A stretch of 40,691 nt of DNA from Raillietiella orientalis. Taxonomy: Eukaryota. Positions 1 to 11,114 of this stretch are shown here, one piece after another. The DNA is taken from contig JAYWIR010000003.1 of NCBI GenBank assembly GCA_036172245.1, positions 7,378,001 to 7,418,691 on the forward strand. The letters are read 5' to 3'. Below the pieces are notes generated by a model. The model worked only from the letters and a program-made list of their open reading frames with translations. It was not told the origin of the DNA and did not search any database. How positions within the stretch are numbered: position 1 is the first letter of the stretch; each line of letters starts with the position of its first letter. The position numbers were made by a program, and so were the translations under genes.

Positions 1-1396
1 GAATGCAGGGAGGTTCCGAGCCCGTTTCAAAAACTTGTTTTTCTCCTGGAGATGGTCCACTGGGCGTCGCTTCGTTCGACACGCTGGAACGTCTGTTTCA
101 GATAAGAACACACCCTCGCATTCAGACTGTGGAGTACGCAGTGATGCGCACCTGCACGCCTACCGGACAGAAAAGAAGGAGGCTGCCAAGGGTTTTCTTC
201 ACTTTTCGTAGCAAACCAAGCGACTCTGTCACTTTGTGGCTGTCAGCTACGTCGAAGAGTGGCTCTGGTGCAGGAGAACCACACCTCCTGGATTACCTGC
301 ACACTCGTGAACTGCACTGCATGTGTGCAGAAGTCAGCTTCCGCGTGCGAAAAGACGCACGGCTGGAGCGAGGCGAAAAACACCCGCCTCCAGAAAGGAA
401 GGCACGCTCCACAGCTGCTCTAGGAGATTGTGTACAGCCCACGGCACCTGCTGTATGCACCGTTCACCGCCCTTGTCACGGTGCAGACCAACCTAAAAGA
501 CTGAAGGGTCAGCGACCTTTCGATCAGGTGGTAAATGTCCGCCACCGAAACTGCAAAACCGACCTCTGGACTACTGGAAAAGTCGGCAATTGACAGAGGA
601 TACTGCGTCCTCGATTGTCCCGCCAAAAGGACATCTATGGTGGGGCGAGCTGCTCTCCATACCTCCGGAGGTGGTGGAATGCCCACTGCGCGTTGAGAAC
701 TGGCTTCCTCTCTCTAAAGTGCCAGAGGTCGGCATAGCTCGTATTGCACTGGGAAATCCCATGCAAGGCACGCCTTTATCACCAGACACGATGTAGTGTG
801 CATGCCAATTGGGATCGGTGCGCCCAGAAGCAGACTTTCCCGTCCTCACGCATGGACTGAGTCCCTGGAACCCCTCTGGGATCGACTCTTTCACGAACCA
901 CGATAAGCGACCTGACGAACAATTTTCGAGGCCTTTCATGCGCGCCTCCCGGCGACGAGCCGCGTCCCTAGCAGTTTTCTGCTGCATATTTCGATTCGTG
1001 GGAGCCTGCAACGCGCAAAGAAAAGGAAAGATGACAGGGACGCCATCAACTGGGAGGTAACATTATTGAATAACGCCTCCAGTTGGTCCCACCTAAGAGA
1101 TCAGGCTAAAGAATTTGTCGGCATCCTCGACAGGATGCAGAGGACGCCTCACGTGGAAATGATTTATGGGCTGCTTCCCTGCTTCTCCCTCAGCACCAGA
1201 TAATCTCTTTTCTCCTGTGTGGGTTCATTTTATTTGTTTCTCCGTCGACGCGGAAACGGACATTGGCGATCCACAAACCGGTCAACACAAGATCTCTCAC
1301 TTGGCAGGACCAAGTGATCCTAAAGATATTTTCAAATTGGGAAGAAGTTTATTATGACATCAATGATGGATGCCCCCACAAAGCAGGAAGAAAAAC
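1..1396 (+). mobile_element. Degenerate L1/Tx1-like non-LTR retrotransposon (family 1), ORF2 C-terminal part and 3' UTR remnant
   Basis: Frameshifted translations GDGPLGVASFDTLE, RLWSTQ*CAPARL, WGELLSIPPE and LHWEIPCKAR match the better-preserved copies at 23000-24143 and 26172-27330 (RDGGLG..TLER, LWSTPWCAPARL, WGELLGIP, LHWGLPCNAR). The 3' boundary is approximate (possible degenerate tail ending GAAAAAC). Confidence 0.75.
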
Positions 1397-4300
1397 TTCA
1401 AGGCGGTAGAAAAGAGCGGAGAGCACGATAGGAAAACGACACGATAACAAATAAATGAGGCTTCCGTACGGGCGATTGGACAGAAAAATCGGCTCTTGAG
1501 GAGGGTCCTCAACTTGCTGTCTGGGTGTCAAGAACATCATCATTAATGGAGCTGGTGGTTGCATGGGGCCAAATTACTCACCCTACGAAAGAAGCGAATG
1601 GAAAAGTGAATGGATAGCTTATCGTTGAGGGCTGTTCTCAAGGAGTTCGAGACAGTCTCAATAATGCGGAAGAAGAAAGAAGCTGCTGAAGACGAGGTGG
1701 GCGGCAGTGCATGTCTAAAGAACAAGCGCACCAAAAGGAATCTGAGGGTGCCCATCGGATTACCGAAGATGGCGATAGAATGGTCTCAAATATGCAGAAA
1801 AGGAGCGCAAATTCGTGTAGGTACAGAAAGGACCAAACCCCCACACCTGTCGCGATTCGGAACTTGCCTGGACGAAATCCACCCGCGGGTACTCCATGAA
1901 GGACATTCTGCAACGTGAGGAAAACCAAATGCTGCTGTTTATGGTAAAGCGGATAGTCGTTGGTAGTCACCGCGAACAGCGCAAGGTCATGTAAGCGAAT
2001 CTCATCGGGCTCTGAACGACATGGAAGGCGGCAGCTCCCTTCCAGAGAAAGGCCGTCAGTTGCGAGGTTACAGACGACAGGGTTGGTTGGATTGACTCTC
2101 GCCTTCCACGCTGACAGGCAACGAAGGATTCCGTGATTAAGGAAATACAGAAAAGGCGAGGGATGTCCTTCTGGATGAGTACCAGTGTCGTGGCCGCACA
2201 ACTTTTCCTTGTCTCTTCACTTCACCGAGGTCAATTCGGCGTCGTGCTGTCGAACATTTTGGAGAACGACAGATGCTTCCTCGTTCCAAGAGTGAGTCCG
2301 GTGCCTTCCTCAGATACGCACAGATCGCAGAGAGTTTACTTCCTGTCTTTAAAGGAAGGGGCGACGGGTAGTCTTCCGCTGGCGACGACCCCATGTTCTT
2401 AGTCTTAGCTCTGTAGCCGACCTCACTTCGGGTCAACATGCGAGCCTTGCCGGACGCGTTCAGGCCTCAGCCTGGCAAAAGATGAACCCTGTCTACCGTT
2501 GGAGCGATCGAAGTCAGGACGAAGGATGCAGGACTGATTTTTATCTCAAACTTCTCCGTATACACGGATCTCGCTACAGACAAGAAAAAAAAGAAAATGC
2601 GACTCTGCCCTAAGCTGTTGTGGGTCAGATCGAAGAAATACAAGAAGAGCCGGAACAGAAGAGTGGTGAAGAGTGAGTGAAGTTTTTTGGGGCGCAGGAA
2701 GACCTCACATTACCTGGAGAGATGAAGCCTCAGCTTCCTTGGTGAAAGTGAGGATTCTGCACAAGGGAATCACAAGAAGAGTCGGACGACATCCGATGCT
2801 CTGGGAGCATTTGTTGTCGTGAAAGGCACCAATCGAAATGCAAAAAGATCCTCAAATTAGCGCCATTACGGGCGGCGCAAACGCAAGGCAATCTGACAAC
2901 ACTACGTGTGGCGGAGCACCAACAGTTTGGCAATTCCCCCCGAAAACGCCATCTTTACTTCTCTTCGAAGCCTCCCTGCGCAATAGGCTGGGAATACTGC
3001 TTTCCGTTTTGAAGAAGAACGTGTAATTACGCGGTGTTACAAGTGTCTTCGTGTTGTCTACGGTAGACAGCAATGCGGATACAAAAGTGGAAACTTTTTG
3101 ATCAAAACGTTTACTTCACACGTCAGGTAAGGATCACAGGAAGCACAGGCAGGGAGGCGATCCCGCATTGGTTGTTTCTTCCACGGGCGATCCTGATGTA
3201 GCCTTTTTCGCCCCAATGTGTGCCCCAGGAATGCCTCACTGTCCAGTACTCTTCTCCTCTGTCGGACACTCCGTACTCCACAAGAAGGCCGTTATGCACT
3301 CCTGCTTTGCCGCAACTATCCTCGTAGTACACTCCTGGGAATTTCAAAAGAGACTGTACAGCTCAAGGAAGCCAGCAGGTAAGCAGTCATACCTGAAGAG
3401 TAAAACCTGAAGGAGTCGTGGCTGCCATCGTAAGAAACAGAAATCGGTCCTTTAGTGTAAAGAGATTGTTGCAGCAGATTTTCATACCCTGCCGTCAGAT
3501 ACTGGTACGAGTTAATCCAGACTCCGATGTGGTCCACAGAAAAATTGCAGTGTGATTTCTGAAATCATAGCGAACTCTACCACCTTGCTCAGTGTGGATA
3601 CGCGAGGCACCAACGTAATTTTTGTACGGATAAAACGCGTCCGTGTCGACTCCTTTCAATGTGGTTGCACACTGAAATGCGAAAAAGGACAACGCCGATT
3701 GCAAGCAGTTGTCGGAAACTGAACAGCAGTCGATGATGTTTTGCTCGCTCAGTACTACCAATTTCTGTTTGCTCACGCATGAAGCACTTTCCAGGGCAGC
3801 AACCTAAGGTATCATCATTCGAGCATAACGCTGCTTCTGAAAAGTGCAGAAGTGTTACCGCGCTGAAGGCCCAATCGTAGCTGCAAAATCCTTGGTCCTT
3901 CACTGGGGCCACGCAATTTTTATCTCTCCAATCGAAGGTGTTTGGAAGTGGATTGGAAAATACAGGAATCGGGGACCGGGGAAGAGAGGGAAGAGCTCCT
4001 TTCCATTCATTCAGTACTTTCCATTCATTCAGTACAGGCCCACTCCCAGGCTTCCTGGAGAACGAAAAGAAGTGCAAACAAATTCGGAGGAGCTTCCGAT
4101 ACCCTTCCGTGAAGCTGACAGCATTGCTCGCTAAAGGAATCTGCATCTTAGAAGCATGAGGACAATTTTGAGGGAGGGCACTTGGGACAGGCACTTTCCT
4201 GGAGTGGCAGTTGCTAGGAAATAGTGAAGAACGGTGATTTCCTATGGAGCCCAACACCCGAAACCCAAAACACTTCCCGTGCGTGGCGAGAGAACGGGCG

Positions 4301-5770
4301 GGCCAGAGTGCAGCTCGCCACACTTGCCCGGAAGGCATTCGCGAGAGGATGCACTTGTTGGCACTCACCGTGTCGGCGAACCGGTTCAGAGCCATCCTGA
4401 AGCTGGTCTGGTTTCTCTCGTACTTTGCGTTGTGTTCCTCCACCATTCGCTTGTTCTTCAGGTAGACGGAAAGGCGGTGCCTCTCTTCTCCCGTGCTCGC
4501 GTACTTCTTGCCGTGCACATGCTGCAAGGGAACGGAGGCAGTGTAAGAAATTTGCAGGTCAACGGTGCGTGGTTCATGGGGAAGCAGTCGCCGAAGAGGG
4601 AGACATGAAGTCTGCGGGCCTGGTCATGAGGCTGCTTTGGAGCGGACGAGGAGGTGCCAGCTGTGACCTAGGAATTCGCAGTACGGGAGCAGCGTGACAG
4701 CGTACGTAGGGAAACTTTCGTCTCACGCTCGGACTTGTGCACCATGTGGATGGAAGCGGAACATGCTCGGAGGCATAAGAGCCACGGTAGCTTCCAGCTG
4801 TAAGAAAGCTGCTGGTTGCATGGAAACGGACTGTGCTCGCACGCTGAAGCCATTCGGAATGGTGGAACTGCATGCACATCGGATGGAGTGTTGCCATGGG
4901 AGAGACGTGAATGCGCGTGTAACGCCTAAACTTGATGGCAAGGGAAACGTGCAAAAGTAAAAACCCTGCCACTTCCCCCAGGGCTCAAGATCTGATTCAG
5001 CCACCAACTTTCTTTCCTTCTAGTTCTTCCCGAGTTAAGCTGCAGCCGAAGCGAATCTGCGGTTCGCCGTGGGGACACGGTGATTCCGACTGGCATCCGG
5101 AACTCACCTTGAAGTTTGCCCATTCCTGGTTAAGAGGAGTGGCCAATGCAAGCAGCATGTGCATCTGAAGAAGCAAAAGGACAAGCTTGTCCATCTTGTT
5201 TAAAGGGAACTCCCTTGCACACTGTAGGGCCTGCAACGCGTGCGTGAACTGCACTATATTGAGAGAGTGGAATCCTGGTCCCTTCCTGATTGCTTTTTAT
5301 GGAAATTCGTTGTATCTACGAGATTGGTCCTTATCTGTTTCTGTTTCTTTATGTTTCCGATGGGAAAGTTCTCTGTCATGCAGAAACTCCGGGACGCAGT
5401 TCTCACGAGAATCAGTTCCACGAATGGCATCTTTCGGTTTCGCAGATGCTGCACCTCCGTGCATTTTTCGTAGCCTTGCTTTCGTGATTCGTCTTCACCT
5501 TTCGTGGAGCTTCAGTCCTTCAGGTCTTCCACCTTCAGTCCTGCACTTTCAAGCAGAACGTCCCCGGATAACTTTTCTTAGACCTCGGGTCATTCATTTC
5601 CTGGACTCTCAATTGGCTCACATCCAACGTGCTGGCCAACATCAGATTCAGTTGGAGATGGAGTTTCCGTGTCCTCGCGTGAGTGCATACGGCGTTTCTC
5701 ATGCGTGCTTCTGATTTCCTTGGTTACGTTGTGTTTGGTGCGATGTGCATGCGGTCTCCACGTAGGGTCA
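730..5770. repeat. Left arm of a ~5 kb inverted segmental duplication (partner 14645-19674)
   Basis: Reverse-complement match at both ends (cggcatagctcgtattgcactggg at 730 vs 19674; gtgcatgcggtctccacgtagg near 5766 vs ~14650) and mirrored ORF translations throughout (e.g. 1638-2201 and 18202-18765 give the same 187 aa). Confidence 0.97.
3123..5194 (-). pseudogene. Cathepsin L-like (papain family C1A with I29 prodomain) homologue, six exons, frameshifted; catalytic Cys replaced by Asp
   Basis: Signal peptide MDKLVLLLLQMHMLLALA; ERFNIN-type motif EERHRLSVYLKNKRMVEEHN; ALNRFAD; FDWRDK..VAPVKDQGFCSYDWAFSA; LSEQNIIDC; KGPISV; HNGLLVEYG; YWTVRHSWG..WGEKGY. GT-AG introns at the same positions as the + copy. 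Exon 3 has a 2-nt loss plus an 18-nt tandem duplication (~4000-4040), giving a premature TGA. NSWG is changed to HSWG. Confidence 0.9.
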
Positions 5771-5773
5771 CGC

Positions 5774-6971
5774 GGCGCCTCCATGGCAACCTGTTGCGTG
5801 GCGTACTGGAACTCCGAATATTGGTCAAGCTGACCAGGATGATGATCTGAATCTCCACCCAGGCCCTCAACGGTGGTACCTGGCTACAGGAAACCGTTCG
5901 CACATGGGTCCTGAACAATGAAGGCTGCGCGGAGTTGCAACTGCGACTGATGCACTTTTATTTCACTCGCTGTTTAACGTCATAGTGCAGCACAACTCGC
6001 GTTGGTGGACAGAAATGACGGACCGCCATAGCCACTGACCTGTCTTCCCCCAGGGAACAACTGGTCATTGGTCATACGTCCATATGGGAGGTTACTATTG
6101 AAATCTCGAGAAGAGAGAAGAAACTAGGTGGTCGGACCACGGTTCATCTTATGGATGCTGAGACTCGAAGTGTCCCACCGAAGTTTCTATTTCGTTGGGG
6201 CGAGCTGCTGAGAATCCCACAGGAAGACCCCGAGTGAACCCCCAGCGCTGAAGAAAGACTGGGTTCTTTCCCTAATTTAGCAGGAATCGGCTTTTCTGCT
6301 GTTGCATTGGGGTCTTCCCAGCAACGCCCGTTGTTCTCTGTGGACGAGGGGGGCTGTGGAGCCAAACTGCATCAGGTGCGGGGAACGGGAATCCCTCCCA
6401 CATCTGCTTATTGACTGTGTCACCCTCCGGCCCTTGTGGTTGCATTTCGCAACGCCCGTAGGTGAACCGGTGGACGCTCCCAGAGATATGTTCAGGCGCC
6501 TCTTTGTGCGCGATTTCCTCTCGCCTGCCGCAGACCTTGCAGCCCTTTGCCGCCATTGTGGGATTGTGGAGTCCTGGAGTCCAGGACTCCACAATCCCAC
6601 ATTTGCGTGAGAGAAGGACGGCGCGATACAAACGCGATCTTCTTCGCCTTGCTCTTCCTGAGGACGGCAGCCAGATAGCCCCATCTGGGACATACGCAGA
6701 TGGAACTTGCCGGCATCCTGCAAAGGACGTGGAGGACGGCCTCCAGCGCAATGTGATTCTTTCCCTGACATCCCTGTTCTTTTTTTGTAAATAGTGTTTC
6801 ATTTTAATTTTCTGTTTGTTTGTTCTTTCTCCCTCTGCTGCCGAGTTTAACCTCACCGGACTGCGTTTAGGATACTCGGCAGGTGCCGAACTCTTTCAGA
6901 CGCTCTAGGGCCGATGGCCCTACATATGTTTGTTATTTAAATGAACGCTTCGGCGCACCTGGGTGTTTAAC
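5774..6971 (+). mobile_element. Family-1 LINE remnant: ORF2 C-terminus with Cys/His zinc-binding motif, 3' UTR and terminal motif
   Basis: WLQETVRTW, WGELLRIP, LHWGLPSNAR..NCIRCGERESLPHLLIDC; ends aatgaacgcttcggcgcacctgggtgtttaac, a variant of the family terminal motif. Confidence 0.85.
6557..6601. repeat. Perfect 22-bp inverted repeat with 1-nt spacer
   Basis: tgtgggattgtggagtcctgga-g-tccaggactccacaatcccaca read directly. Confidence 0.95.
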
Positions 6972-7037
6972 TATTGAGAGTTTCACCGTGATTAGGAGCA
7001 GCCCTATGTCGCCCTTTACAACGGGGGTTCTCAACGG

Positions 7038-7517
7038 TCACTGAGCTGGACCTCTCTCCTTGCAGATCACTCCAAGGAACTGAACGCCGCTGCGTGCGAT
7101 GAGGGCGTGAAGCTGCTCCCTTTGAATACTGAGAGAGCGCAGCTCCTTCGAAATGGTGGAATAAAGGTTGCCTATCTCATACAAGAGGGGCGCGTTGGCG
7201 CCTTCCAAAATGTAGGTCTGCCATGGATGTAGGCGACGGAGCCGCAGCCATGGCATCTCCAGTCCTTGCTCTCGTGAAAGGAGATTCGGTTGCCTCCACT
7301 TCGACAGCCTTGGAGGACGATTCGGACATCGCCTCCTGGCCTTCCTTGGTGATGGTGTCAGGCATTGCTGCCTCCGCCACCACCTAGTGTCCACAGCTTC
7401 TCCCTTGCGGATCAATCAAATAAACACCCACCAGACAAGCAAACAATGCGACCGTCCGAGAGGATGATGGAAATCCTTCCGGGGTATTCTGTTTCCCAGC
7501 TTTTTTTTGCAGGAGCT
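7038..7517 (-). mobile_element. LINE ORF1 5' remnant
   Basis: LLYEIGNLYSTISKELRSLSIQREQLHALIARSGVQFLGVICKERGPAQ aligns by eye with the ORF1 near 19980-20140 (LLFKVGRVFDDRVARSFEQELHHLNVNKEDLLGLHPQRGQHFELTCKEAWLAQ). The upstream boundary is tentative. Confidence 0.55.
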
Positions 7518-8185
7518 AGGTTTTGGTTCCCAAAGTTTAGAAGAACCGTTGGCCTGACGGTTCTCGAAGCCTTTTGACGCTGTCCACGACACCTGAGGGC
7601 GCGTGTAGTAACTCCTTCAAGTTAGGGAGAAACTCATGAAAAAGCATTCCATAAATCCAGAATGGTTTCGTAAAAAGGAGTCTGTTTTTCTTAAGGTTGG
7701 CAGGGAACGCGAAGGAAACTCCCGCCCTGGTTGTCTCCGGTGGGAATTCGAAAGGAACCTCTCCCTCATTCTCTTTCTAAAAGTCTTTCAAGGTTAGCCA
7801 CTACTCATTTCTTCTCCAGAGAAAACTCGGAAAGGGTTTGCCCCATATTGCTCCCTTGAAGAGAACCAAGACGGGGTGCGAACCCAGTTCATCTGAAAGG
7901 CACCTCCAGAAGCGAGCTGAGCGCTCCTTGCACTTTGCAGAGCAAACCCCTAAAAGGGATATCAACCAGCTCCATTTTCAAAAGCGTTTGGGTACCCAGA
8001 CCTTATTTTGTTCTTGGGAAAAACACGGAGAGCCGATTTCCGATCCCGGTCAGTCAGTAGAAGAGCATCCTGGAGTTTCCGGCTTCCAACAGTGCCACAC
8101 TGGAAGCTGAGAGACCAGCCAGCGTCATCCTGAGGGGGAAACTCGGAAGAAGCCCGCAGCGCACCCATTTTTCGGTGGCAGTCCT

Positions 8186-8261
8186 TGCCCAGGAGGGATT
8201 CGAACCCGCAGCGCAGGGTACCATGCGCAGAAAACGCGTTCATATTGCCGCCAAAGCGGGC
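8186..8261 (-). pseudogene. Degenerate tRNA-like sequence (tRNA pseudogene or SINE head)
   Basis: 76 nt with B-box GGTTCGAATCCC, A-box-like TGGCGGCAAT, short D-stem GCG/CGC and partial acceptor pairing GCCCG/TGGGC. The anticodon arm is not canonical, so no isotype is assigned. Confidence 0.5.
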
Positions 8262-11114
8262 GCGGAATCTTTAGACACACTCCTCCTTGCGGGTCATGCT
8301 CAAAAAGAATAACACGTGAGATTTCATAACATATCTTTTTCAGATGGGGGAGGTTGCGAAGAGGAAAAGCAAAGCAGCGACGTCGGAACCGATTTGCCCA
8401 AAAAAGGAGAACGCAAACCTGGACAACAAAAACGAGGATCCAGCCAGTTTCGGAAAGGTGAGGAAGCGCTGACAGCTGATAGCGAGGAAAAGGTGGGAAA
8501 TCAGCAAACAGAATGCCACCGGCCTTATCGATGCCTCTGAAAATCGTGTGGCAAAATTAACGCAAAGAAGAAACGTATGAGGGATTGAAAGAGATGAATC
8601 GTAAGGTACGACATACAAGAGTCAACTCGCACAAGAACCACAGCCTGTGTCAGAGACTTGAGTGGGATGCAAATGATGTTTTCCTCCGAAGAAATTCTAT
8701 GCCTGCTGTCAATGGAGGCCCTCACGGGCGCCTTGCAGCACATAATCCTCAGACAAAAGGGCGAGCAGGAGGAGAGAGGGAAAATGACAACACAGCAGAG
8801 TGAGAGTGAAAAAAAAAAAAATACTATGTGCGACTTCGAATGAAAAAAAAAAATTTTCAGGGAGTGTTGAGTCATATGCGACAGATAAAAGGGATGCCCA
8901 ACGGTAACGAAATGCGCTCACAAGTATACGTGGAAGTCTGTACCACTCTGCCAAGTGGTCGTCGATGGATGCTTTTCCAGTCCTCTTCAGCAATTGCAGG
9001 AGACCAAGTCAACCATTTTACGACACTTACGAAGTGTCTAGTTTGTGTGACGAAATGCACTGATCTTCAAGCACAAAAATCATTTTGTCGTAACCTGTCA
9101 GTGACTACTTCATTCCTCTAGTCACCGCTAGAGACCTTCTTTCTACTACTGACAAGACAGTTTCTCTGTAGCCTTACATCTTTTATTATTTATCTTACCA
9201 GCTACACTTTTTGAATGTCTACCCACTGAACTACGATTTGCGCCGGCGCACAATGGAGAACAGCCTGAATCGGTACGAAGATTACTCGGAAGAGTGGGAT
9301 CATCCGATCCCTTTTTTACCCGCAGACCCTCGAAAACTTCCAAGGACATTTTTCTCCCCAATAAAACATCCACAACTTGAACTTCGTGGTATTTGTCGTC
9401 ATGGTGAGAAACACGAAGTGAACCAATTAGCTGGTGCGCATAATGGCAATCCTGATTCTCCAAATACTCACCATGGCAGGTACAAAATCCGGAAGAATAC
9501 TCTCCGCGTGTTCACTTTGAACGAAACTAATGACCCAGCGTGACCTGGTCACAAGAGCGGCGGATCAAGATGCCGTCAGGAGACAAAAAACGTCAAAGTG
9601 CCCTTCCGATGGAAAGATCGAACGGACCGCTTCTGTATCGAAGGCACAAATGACTATGCAGGAATGCAGAAATCATCTCACTGTCTGTTCAGATAAGACA
9701 CTTTCGAAACAGCGGACGTAACAAAAAGACACGCCTTCGTTCCCGTCGTTTCTCTCAATAACGGGAGGAAATCTCTGAAGGGCGACATCCGTCATCAAGA
9801 GAGACCGACGGGCTGTCTCCGATTTTCCTCTCACGTGCAGCAACTCAGTTGCCTCTTCTTGTCGGCAGACTTCCACGGATTCCCGCGAGACTTCAGGTTG
9901 ATTCCTTCTCACTCAAGGAATTGGAGAACGCATTCAGTGGCAGCAACCTTTGCGTCAGAAACGATCGAGTAATCGATTCTGCAATGGCACACCGGGGCAA
10001 CCACTCCTTGAATTCCTGCTGACATCGTCTTCTTCTGAAAGAACTTCTCTTCTTCATTCGGAAGGTCTCTCAATACGTCAGCTGCACACTTGTGCTCGAA
10101 CGGTAATCCTCTATCAGGTAATGGGGGAGATAAAGCCTCCCGGTTGTGATCATCAGGGCCGAAAATTCAAAATGTCATTGCACAATCCCAAAGACACCAA
10201 AGGCAGCGCCATTTCCTTTCTCGGACCTAGTATTGCCTCCAGCAGACACTTTTAGCGGCGTGTGGACACGCGACCACTCAAAGTGGTCAAACAAGGACGC
10301 TAACATTCCGACTGTAGAGTAGTAGGGTGCGCGAATCGGGGGTGCGTGGTCGAACAGGTATGCACGCGCTTGGATCACCCGCATGCATTTCGTGCTGATG
10401 CTTTGCTCACCCTTCGCGCACGCTGCACAACCGCGAGAAGAGAAAGCGTAGCACCCATCACCAGAGAAAAGATGGGCGACGTTTCCAGAGTAAGGAATGA
10501 AGCAACGAGCAAGAGTTGACCCCATGGGATGCGAAATTAGCCCTGCAAGCATCGCTGTCTCTCATGGCCAGCAATGGCAGCGTGAGACAGAGATGGAGAG
10601 GTTCGACAGAGTAAGTAACGAAGAATTCGAGCGAACAAAGGAAGCTGAGGAAAAGGGTTTCGTACTCAAAAAGGAAGGATGCTGTGGACAGTGGAAGAAT
10701 AGGAAGACGGAAGATCCAATTGAAGTGAACTGATGCAGGGAAGCCGCGCTCGTGCTGGACATTCGAGTTTCGTGTGCGATGCCCGTAAAAAAAGAACACG
10801 GTGCAAGTTGGTTGTCGCCAGTGCGACATACGTTTTCCTGACAGCACGTCGCCATCCGCCTTCGGCAAAACGCGGAAAGTCGACAGTCTTTGCCAGACGC
10901 GTATGGTGGAAATCCGACTGCCGCGCCCACACAAATACGCAAAGTTGCTCCGATAGGCACGTGGACTCTCATCCTTCCCTTTCGCTCCATAGTTGGTCCA
11001 TGCACCCAAATCAAAGGGTCGTAGTATTACAGACTTGCTGGCGCCTCTTCAGCTTGAAGTTGTGGCACACGCGACCTCTTGTTTGTACGCGGGGGCACGC
11101 ATTCGCAATGAAGA

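Noticed and set aside
1400..3100. ORFs in the outer part of the duplicated arms (e.g. 1610-1918, 1638-2201)
   Set aside because: No recognisable motif; identity between arms reflects the duplication, not coding constraint.
3589..4527. 312-aa ORF as a complete protease CDS
   Set aside because: It reads through introns 2 and 3; the spliced model is frameshifted in exon 3.
9880..10010. SHSRNWRTHSVAATFA as a tyrosine-recombinase catalytic motif
   Set aside because: It lacks HxxR spacing and the other catalytic residues; too weak to call.
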